DNA from: Octopus sinensis
Taxonomy: Eukaryota
Reading direction: 5' to 3'
Length of the DNA stretch: 64,000 nt
NCBI RefSeq assembly: GCF_006345805.1
Contig: NC_043000.1
Span: forward strand, 100,130,001 to 100,194,000
Positions 54,671 to 64,000 of this stretch are shown here, piece by piece. The number at the start of each line of letters is the position of its first letter. Positions within the stretch are counted from its first letter, which is position 1. Below the pieces are notes generated by a model that was given only the letters and a program-made list of their open reading frames with translations, did no database searches and was not told the origin of the DNA. The translations under genes and the position numbers were made by a program.

Positions 54671-54680
54671 TATTATTATT
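54250..54680. repeat. (TTA)n/(TTG)n microsatellites
   Basis: Direct reading. Confidence 0.85.
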
Positions 54681-56176
54681 CTATGCGATCAATGAGCTTA
54701 ATTAATACCTCAGTGCCTTTTATCCGATCCTCTGACGCTGGTAACAAATCCTCCTGACAATGATAGATGTTTTCTTTTTCTGTTTGTTTTGTTTTATTAT
54801 TTTCTTCATTTTTATTTTTTATGATTTGTTTCTACTTCAAGCATTGCAAATTTTATAGCATCGTATCATCATCGCAGAATTGCTCTTTTTATTCGTTATC
54901 AGCCATTAGATATGCTTTTTAATCCAAACTGTTGTCCCACATTTACTAATTCGATTAATGTAGTGAAAGTAGTGGCGGAGGTGTTAGTGTTGGGAGAGAT
55001 CAGCTTTGGAACTAACGCAAATGAAGACGTCAACAACCCATTCACAATAGCTGAGTTTTGAATTTCATCTAAATTTGTTGACCTAACTTTTTCTAATTTT
55101 TTTTTTTTTTGGCACTCATCGATATGTTCGTGAGGAAGGCACCAACACCACTACTTTCAGTTTTGATCCACTTTAGCATTTACCATAATGATTCGCGAGA
55201 CAACGAGGAAAGGAAACCATCTACATGGTCAGCCGATTTCCAGAAAAAGCAGACTTGTGATCAAAGACATTTCAACTGTGATCATAGCGTCTTTTTAGTA
55301 CAATACAGTATTATATTATTTAATGTCTCATGTCCTTATATAAGACGTTAAGGTATGATATATGAGAGATTTTATTACTATTTCTACCAGATCAAGCTAC
55401 CATACAGATCAATCGATGGCTCGTACAATTAATGTATTTGCTTGTGGCATTAGTGGCCTTAATGAGATGAAATGGCTTTAGCCGATTATCGAAACATCAT
55501 CGTAGAATCCATATGCCAAGTATTTCCCTGTTTCACTACAAGACTGTATCTTCTGTATCTTCAAAATTATTGATTTCTCTGATTGGAAAACGGCCAGTCA
55601 AATTCAAAGATCTGTAGAGTATAAGTATTGTCAATTGAATCGATCTAAGTATAATGGCTAATTATCTTATTGACTGACTCCAGAGGGCTAAAATACCTCC
55701 TCGACCCCGGAGGGTGTATCTAGACAATGTAGTTAATTTTATCCTGTGCTTCACTTTTTCTACAGTCTCATCGCTTTCAATAGTGCTTAAATAATAATAG
55801 TAATCGGTTTAATGTTTTTGGGTGGGTGCGTGTGTGTGTAAAGTGTCATTTCTGTGTATGGCCAGGAATTCGACGCTTTTGTTGAGTTTTTCAGTTTTCA
55901 GAATACGTTGCAGCGTAAGTTGTGAATCAAAGAATTAGCGGCTGCTCTGTTTTGGGTGTGGCCTGTTCTGGATGGTTAACGTGAGATTTTATATATGTAT
56001 GTATGTATTTATGTATGTATGTATGTATGTATGTATGTATGTATGTATATATGTATGTATGTAATGTATGTATGTGTATATAAATATATAATGTATGTAT
56101 GCATCTATCTATCTAGCTCTTTCTCTCTCTCTCGCTCTCTCTCTCTCTCTATCTCTATATATATATATATATATAT

Positions 56177-56235
<59 letters not shown>

Positions 56236-56523
56236 TATGAATTTGTGTCGCAAGGTTTCCGATATGAAATCGTGTGTTGAAACAGATATTGTTGTATTTC
56301 GGGACGGTCATTTTTTTCTGCCCAAATAAACACAAGCACTATACATTCGTTCTTCACTCGTTTATTAGTATTATTCTAACTCTTGTTCATTGTCCGGAAA
56401 CCTTTCGTCACACATCTATGAGCTCTTCAGTGATACATTCTGTCTTCATGTGTGTTCTGTTCCACTTATTTCATTCTGTTCTTCTATGATGTGTATCCTT
56501 ATATACGCATGCGTTTACATCCG

Positions 56524-56526
<3 letters not shown>

Positions 56527-56618
<92 letters not shown>
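56527..56618. repeat. (TG)n microsatellite
   Basis: Direct reading. Confidence 0.97.
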
Positions 56619-56620
<2 letters not shown>

Positions 56621-56810
56621 GTTAGATTATCTAGAATGCTAGAAATAAGAGCTAAAATGCTCTAGCATTGTAGGCGTTCTAACACCCCCTGTCATAGTTA
56701 ATGAGATTTTGACAATTATAGTTTTCCTTTTTGGTGACACATTGTTAAACTGCTATATATACATATATATATATACACATATAAAATCTACATACATACA
56801 TATATATTTA

Positions 56811-56882
<72 letters not shown>

Positions 56883-56907
56883 ACATACATACATACATAT
56901 ATGTATG

Positions 56908-57021
<114 letters not shown>

Positions 57022-58105
57022 CAAAGAAAAGTAACAATAGAAAAACTTTTAAAAATTTGAAAATATAACAGAAAATAAGATATAGAAACATCAAATACAT
57101 AAGTAAAAAGAAATAAAGAAATCTATCCCCTGTAATATAAAAATCGATTATCGAAATGTCTCGTTAGAGGTGGAGCCGATTGATTAATAGCCGTTGCTGC
57201 TTTTTATACGTATTTTGGTTATTTTTTTCTTTGTAAGAAGTTTTTGTGTGTTTCTTTAATATCATGTTTAGTCTCAATCTCTTCAATCATTTCCTTTGAT
57301 TATTTGAGAGACTGGGGTCGATTCTAAGAATTACCAAAGTTATATTTCCAAATCTTTCTCTATGAATCCACAATGTCTTCGCCGGTTGTAAATTAAATTA
57401 ATAGACAGGTCAGATGAACAGATCGATAATAACACAGGCGATCGGTCACTCATGAGAACAGAAAAGAAAACATGCTAGATGGTCTGGTGCTACCATAATA
57501 AGTCTGTTTTCGCGTCAGCTTTGCGATTGATTTTATCCTCTTTCTTTCTATTCTTCCTCAGATTGTTATAAAGCCGATAAGATAATGATTTCTCAACGTT
57601 GGCCTGCCAAAATACTTGACTAGAATCGACGTTTCAAACTTCTCGTTGAATCTATCTCACTTCACTTACTCTGTTAATGTCCATGTATGCATCAGAATCT
57701 AGATGACCGGATAGAGGAAGTTTTAAACAATATTTGTTTTGTCCTGGGATGTGCCTACCGCACGTTCTCCAATGTCTTTAACTTACATCTATTACTCTCT
57801 TTAGGCTGGAAGAGAGTCAATAATATAACTACCGAACATGTACTGTGCACAAATCAATTCATACTCCTCTTTTGTGGATTGATTGCAATATGTCAGGGTA
57901 AGAAGTAATTGGATCAGTCCAACTTCGAAGAGATCAAGGATGAAATCGATCTATGTAGAATTTATAAGTTGAATGTTGAGAAATAAAACAGTACAAACTA
58001 ATATATTGACATTGATTACGCTTCAAGTAATTAAGCCGAAAAATATGACAGAAAGGCTGAAAGATAAATGTCTATATAACGCATTAATTTACTTGGTTAT
58101 ATAAT

Positions 58106-58320
58106 CTTTTCTATTAAAGGCACATGGGCTGAATTTTGTGTGGAGAGAGTAAGTCGATATCATCGACCCCAGTACTCAATTGGTTCTTAATGTAACGACC
58201 CCGAACGGATGAAGGGTAAAGTCAACCTCGGCAGAATTTGTACTCAGAACGTAAAGACGAACGAAATGCTGTTAAACGTCTTGCTCGGCGTGCTAACGAT
58301 TTTGCAAGCTCGCTGCCTTA
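58106..58320 (-). mobile_element. SINE family A with 15-bp TSD
   Basis: ACTTGGTTATATAAT at 58091-58105 and 58321-58335. Confidence 0.93.
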
Positions 58321-58339
58321 ACTTGGTTATATAATGCAG

Positions 58340-58530
58340 TGATAATGCAAGATCAGTAATTTTAGTGGGAGGGTTTTTGTCAATTACATCGACCCCAGGG
58401 TTCAACTAGTACTTAGTACCTGAGAGGATGAAAGGCAACAGCAACCTCGGCGCAATTAGGACTCAGAACGTAAAGAACCAGAAGAAATATGGCTAAGCAT
58501 TTTATCCGACGCACCAACGATTCTGAATAG
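58340..58530 (-). mobile_element. SINE family A, older copy
   Basis: Core GGATGAAAGGCAA and head ..CTAAGCATTTT. Confidence 0.75.
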
Positions 58531-58863
58531 CAAATACTAAATCAAGACGAAATGTGTCACGTAAGCAAGCGCACAGGGCTGTGTACAATAAATGACTAGA
58601 ATGATATTCAATAATGGGCAGAAAAGCTAAAGAATAACACCGACACAGCTATTGAGTCAGTAACTTTAAGACAGTTAAGGAATGAATCTGTCGTCTCAAA
58701 TTGGTAGATTACGACTGAAAAATAGTTATAGGCTTGATCCAGAAAATAGCAACACTAGGATATGGAAGTAACATTTTATTCACCTTCAACATTTTTGTTA
58801 GCACATTAGTTTATCTTGAACATGAGATGTACTTTTTAAGAAATGAAACTTAATGCATTAACC

Positions 58864-58920
<57 letters not shown>

Positions 58921-59398
58921 TTGTCTTGGTATGAAAGATGGGCTACAGCAAATATTCTGCTCAATACCACAGATTTGCTTGTCAGTTGTTTGACCATAAC
59001 CAGTTGAGCATGTCCCTTAGTGGCTGACGATATGTGCATCTCTGATCACGAGCAGAAGTAGTGGGGGAGCATCATAGCCATGTGTTGAGAGGGATTCTTT
59101 GGGGTTTGAATAATTCACCTTTGGAAACATGGGTGGTTCTTTCAACATCCTTAAACAACCCTTATTCAGGGACCTTTTGAGCGGGATGGGCTACTCAACC
59201 TGAAGAAAATTCTAACTGGGCCCCACCTGCAAGGTCATGTGCTGTTTATCTTGATATGAGATCACCATGTCGCGCACATATGGTTGTGATGCATGTGCCT
59301 GGTGTACCCTTATCAGACGGGTAGTCATGATGGGTATATTGGGCTTCGTATATTTTACCCCAGTGTCACTTTGATGGCATGCACTGCTCTCTCACTCA
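58921..59398 (+). mobile_element. About 480-bp non-coding insert in (AAT)n, probably a non-LTR 3' UTR
   Basis: GC-richer unique block with pure AAT repeats directly on both sides; no TIR and no tRNA head. Confidence 0.6.
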
Positions 59399-59486
59399 AT
59401 AATAATAATAATAATAATGATGATGATGATGATAATAATAATAATAATAATAATGATGATGATGATGATAATAATAATAATAATAA

Positions 59487-59520
59487 CTAGCGGAGCCCGT
59501 AAATATTTCACGGAATTAAT
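59487..59520 (-). mobile_element. Helitron 3' terminus
   Basis: Minus strand CCGTGAAATATTTACGG hairpin, then GCTCCG, then CTAG|T. Confidence 0.6.
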
Positions 59521-59981
59521 GGTAAACTTATTGGGTAATTCTGAAAACTTTATCCAAAATAACTGAAAGCGTAGCTTGCGTTGTGTCTGTATCAAAAGAT
59601 AGTCGCTCATCTACTAATCATTGAAAAGTGAAGGAAATTGGAAGTCGATGATTAATTACTTAATGCACTTTATATATACACTTTATATACTTTATGTACA
59701 ATTTTATAGACTTAATGCACAACACTCTCTCTCACTTTTCGCCTTACCCTTTTTTTTCTCTCCTTTTTCTTTCTGTCTTCGCCTTTTCCGTCAATTAATC
59801 ACATGAAAGCGTTAGAGAGGGGCTAAGTAAGGGAGGTAAAAAAAAAAATTGAAAAACTCCAAATTTCATTCACCACCACCTTTCCCGGCGTGGTAACAAT
59901 TCTGCCTGCTCGCTGTCTTAAAAAGTATTTAGGCCTTACTGAGATACTTCTAAAGGCAGCGTGCTTAACGGTAATAATAAT

Positions 59982-60160
59982 GGTTTCAAAAAATTTGGGA
60001 CAAAGCCAGCAATTTTAGGATAATGGTAAACCGATAACATCAACCCCAGTATTTTATTGACCCCGAAAGGATGAAATTGATCCCGAAAGTATGCAAAGTC
60101 GACCCCGGTGGCATTTGAACTCAGAACGAAGAAAAGCCGCTAAGCATTTTTACCGGCGCA
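59982..60160 (-). mobile_element. SINE family A, rearranged
   Basis: Core partly duplicated (CCCGAAAG twice); B-box present. Confidence 0.75.
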
Positions 60161-60498
60161 GTAGAACCACTTGCAAGTCCGGTTAGAGTACATCTCATAT
60201 ATGCCCGTCTGTCATTCAGACGTACACGCTCATTCAGCTAGAAATAACAGCCAAATTTTCCTCGGATTTTATTCTCCAGTATTAGCCAAGAAGGTACTCA
60301 TTGTATGATGATGTTTTCCGGACACTGAGTGAAAAGAAGATTGGAAGATCATTGGAATAGCGCCATGCTTGACAAAGTACGCCTGGGGCTAATCAACAGC
60401 TGAAAAAGAGAGCAATAAAAAGGACTACAGCATCAATAACAACATCAGCACTAACCGAATAAATAACGGCTGCAGCTATAAAGACAGCAGCAACAGCA

Positions 60499-60850
60499 GT
60501 GGCGGTGCAATGGCCTAGTGGTTAGAGCAGCGGACTCGCGGTCGGAGGATTGCGATTTCGATTCCCAGACCGGGCGTTGTGTGTGTTTATTGAGCGAAAA
60601 CACCTAAGCTTCACGAGGCTCCGGCAGGGGGTGGTGGCGACCCCTGTTGTACTCTTTCATTCTTTTTTTCCTGTTTCTTGTCCCCGACTTCCTACGCAAC
60701 CGCTGAGCCTGGATGCGCATTCATCCATCTGTCGATGCTCTCGGTGTCGGGGGTTGACCTGCTTTCTCTTCTGTGGGTCTTACGAATAGCAAAGGACCAC
60801 GTTTCGGACTTCTCCCATCTTGCGAGCTCTGGGACGAAGACCGTTCGCTC
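60499..60850 (+). mobile_element. SINE family C (tRNA-Arg-like head)
   Basis: TGGCCTAGTGGTTAGAGCAGCGGACTCGCGGTCGGAGGATTGCGATTTCGATTCCC has A and B boxes and tRNA-Arg-like spacing, but no 3' acceptor strand, and the body continues about 280 bp. Confidence 0.8.
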
Positions 60851-60973
60851 AACAGCAACAGCAGCAACAGCAAAATGCAATAACACCAAAAGTAGCCGTC
60901 ACATCAATGACAACAGTAACAACAACGCAACAGCAACGACATCATAAACAATGGAGACAACAGCAGCGTCAGT

Positions 60974-61175
60974 GGAGGCGCAATGGCCCAGTGGTTAGGG
61001 CAGCGGACTCGTGGTCGTAAGAGCGCGGTTTCGATTCCCAGACCGGACATTATGAGTATTTATTGAGCAAAATCACCTAAGCTCAATGAAGCTCCGGCGG
61101 GGGTTGTGTGGTGAACCCCGCTGCACTCTTTCACCACAACTTTCTCTCACTCTTTCTTCCTACTTCTGTCACAAA
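60974..61175 (+). mobile_element. SINE family C, second copy
   Basis: Aligns with the first about 165 nt of 60499, roughly 80% by eye, then diverges. Confidence 0.8.
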
Positions 61176-63371
61176 GCAGAGGAACCATGGTGTGGTAAAC
61201 TTTCAGACCCTAGTCTAGATTGCGAATCCTCTATACCCCAGGATGGTTCAGCTCTCCACCCGTTAAGAGCCACCGTTTACGGAATGAGGATAACAACGTA
61301 GCTTTCGCGCCCGTGCAGCCGCCAGTCTATCGCGTGTGGTGGGTGGATTTTCAAGTTGCCACACACATTCTTAGTAGCTTAGAGTAGGCTCGAGGTAGAG
61401 ATTATTCTTTGTGGCTAATGGCGTGAGTCCTGATTAAAAGGAGAAGACAACACCACAACCATCAACTTTTTAACGCCAACATCGCTGAGATCACAACTAC
61501 CAACACTACAACTAATATAGCCACCATCACTACTATTACCAACAGCACAACCACCACCAGCTCCACAACCAATACTAGCACCACAATCACCAACGCCACA
61601 ACGGCCAACACTACAACTAACATAATCACCAATACGACTATCACCAGAAGAAGAAGAAGAAGAAGAAGAAGAAGAAGAAGACTGCAGCATAAAAAATTAT
61701 AGCAATAACAATGTCAACACCTCCAACAGCACTAAAAACGACAGTAATAACAACAACAGCAGCACCAGCAACGGCAACATCACGAATAACAACAGCATTG
61801 ACAACAAAAGCAAGTCATAACAATAAAAGCAGCAGCAGTAGCAACATCAGCAACATTAGTAACATCAACAGCAGCAGCAGCAACAACAACGAGGGTGGGG
61901 ATGATGGTAACAACGATAAATAAAAAAGGTCAGGATAGAAACGCTGGGCAATTGTAATGATGGGCAGGAAATTGGTTGCAGAAGAATGAATTAGTGCCAA
62001 AGTCGGAACCCAAAATGATTCCGTGTGTCCAAGAACAATAGCATAAGATGTCCGACTGACTTGGCTGACTTTAGCCAAAATAAGGTTAGTGAAATACTGT
62101 AATGGAATAATAGAATAATGTAATAATGGAATAATGCTAGGTACGTTATTGATTGGTTCGGTTCGGTCGCTGGCGTAACCAATAAGTTCTTTCTGTCTTA
62201 AAACGTGCGCATTCAGTGAGACAATGATGACGGTGGTTGTGGTGATAACAGTGGTTGTTTGTGGTTAAGGATGTGGTGACGGTGTTGATGGTGGTGTTGG
62301 TGGTGGTGATGGTGGCAGTAGTGGCCGTAGTTGTTGTTGTTGTTGTTGTGGTGGTGGTGGTGGTGGTGTTAACGGTGACGGTTGCTATTATTGTGTAAAC
62401 TGTGTTGTCGGTGTTGGTGGTGGTGATGATGTGGTTGTGAAGACCGTTGTTGCTGTGGTCGTGATTGCTGTTGTTATTGTTGTTGTTTTTGCTGTTGTTG
62501 TTGTTGTTGTTGCTGTGGTGGTGGTGGTGGTGTGGTGGTGGTGGTGGTGGTAGTGAAGGTATCAGCTATTTTGCTACGTGTTCTGTGAATATTTTCTTCT
62601 AATTCAGTGTAACAAAGTAAAACACGATGGGTGCAAGCATGGAAGATGTGATTAATAAGTTCACTTTTAAATTACATGGTTCTAGGTTCAATTCTACCTC
62701 AAAGCGCGTAAGCCAACAACTGACGTTTAGTCTTGCCGTGTGTCGACCAAATCCTTATGAGTGAATTTGGGTAGACAGAAACTGGGTGGTAACGCTGGGT
62801 TGAATGTAAAATAGGTACCCAGCTACCTGGTTATAAACCACCACCCAATTTTGTTCACACAAGCATTCATAGTTCACAGGTTACTCACTATCTCAGTGTT
62901 TTGATTACTACCTTACCAGCCTGTGATATTTGGTTTCTTCTTTCCTTTCATACTTCATAAATATTGAAGACTTTGTAAACAATCATAACCGCTCGCCCAC
63001 CTATTCTAACTAAATCATTAAGTCAAAAACTCAGGAGTGAGAAAGACTAAGAGAAAGAGCGATAAAGTTAAGATGGAGTGAGAGTTGAAACAGCGAAACG
63101 CTTTTTTTATATTCCCATGTTATTCACCGGACTCAATAATGTCGGGTTATTTTGCACAAAATCTTTAAGCAAAAAGAAGTGGTTGGTTACTTATCGCTAG
63201 CAGGATGGATTATGACTACATATACAAACAGCTATCATATATACTCCTATGTTGTGCGCTGGGCTCTATAAAGCCGAATCAGTTTACACAGAAGTCTTTC
63301 AACAAAATAAGTGGTTAGTTACATAACGCTAATTTGATAGGCTATTACTACATATACAGGTTATATATATA

Positions 63372-63960
63372 CTAGTGTACCCGTGCCATCAGAAATGACT
63401 GCATGAAAATAATATGGAAAATAAATTTTAAATAAAAACATTACAACCTTTATCTCGGTAATTACCTCAATACCACGTTTCTAGTGAAAACCCTACCAGC
63501 AATGAGTTCGCCTTGTTTTCAGTATTAATTAATTCTTACATTCTTCTTCTCAATGTTCTCTCTCTTTCGATTTCTCTCCTTTGTGTTGCTTCCTCTTCCG
63601 TTTTATCTTGTCACCTTTGCGATGCTCTTGTTCTTAGATATTCTCTCCTCACTGCTGCTTGCTCTTCTGTTTCATCTCGGCGCTTTTGTGCTGCTCTCTC
63701 CCTCTCTCTATTTGGATATCTCCCCTTTGTGCAATTTGGTGTTCCTTTTCCTTTTGACGTCTTCGAGCCTGTCTTCTTGCATCTTGTGCTCATCTCTCTT
63801 GTCTCACTTCTTGTGATTGATTTAATAACCTTAATGTATTGTTTAATCTTCTTGCGGCCAGTTCTTCCTGAGCGAGACTGGCTGTTCTTCGCCTTTGTCT
63901 CTCTCTCTCTGGCTAACCGTTGCTTTCTGTCTGATTTATTCTCCATAGTAGGTGGACGAG
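63372..63960 (-). mobile_element. Helitron deletion derivative with RepHel N-terminal remnant
   Basis: Minus-strand 3' end GATGGCACGGGTACACTAG|T. The ORF MENKSDRKQRLARERETK..RRDETEEQAAVRREYLRTRASQR*QDKTEEEATQRRE carries ETxEQxxxR repeats like Helitron N-termini. 5' terminus not located. Confidence 0.7.
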
Positions 63961-64000
63961 TATATTTAATACAACAGAACACAAACTTCAAAACAAATAA

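Noticed and set aside
56385-56440. Minus-strand CUGAAGA..GAAA motif
   Set aside because: No NUH triplet and no stem I.
60499-60570. tRNA gene
   Set aside because: A and B boxes are present, but the anticodon and acceptor stems do not pair and the sequence continues into a repeat body shared with 60974, so it is a SINE head.
60795-60835. Minus-strand GGA-gaag-UCC-GAAAC-gug-GUC hammerhead half
   Set aside because: The CUGANGA strand is missing, with only AUG left.
61920-62220. Promoter (paired CCAAT boxes) or GPCR-like peptide on the minus strand
   Set aside because: Short motifs only, with no associated gene or exon structure.

Overview
AT-rich, microsatellite-saturated animal DNA with no host protein-coding gene that I can support. 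The repeat families look like those of a coleoid cephalopod, most likely Octopus; this is recognition from memory, not a search result. Nearly all ORFs in the supplied track are translated microsatellites. What can be read is a TE graveyard: (i) at least four tRNA-headed SINE families, including two dispersed head-to-tail arrays with an identical 184-nt period; (ii) fossils of restriction-like-endonuclease (R4/Dong-type) LINEs sitting in microsatellites; (iii) Helitron relics with TC/CTAG termini and helicase or N-terminal coding remnants; (iv) mariner and hAT MITEs; (v) Penelope-like remnants carrying minimal hammerhead-ribozyme motifs; (vi) six unrelated long palindromes or foldbacks; and (vii) one frameshifted coding-like fossil with an RNxxxH (HEPN-like) motif. 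All alignments, folds and identities were done by eye, and most boundaries are approximate.
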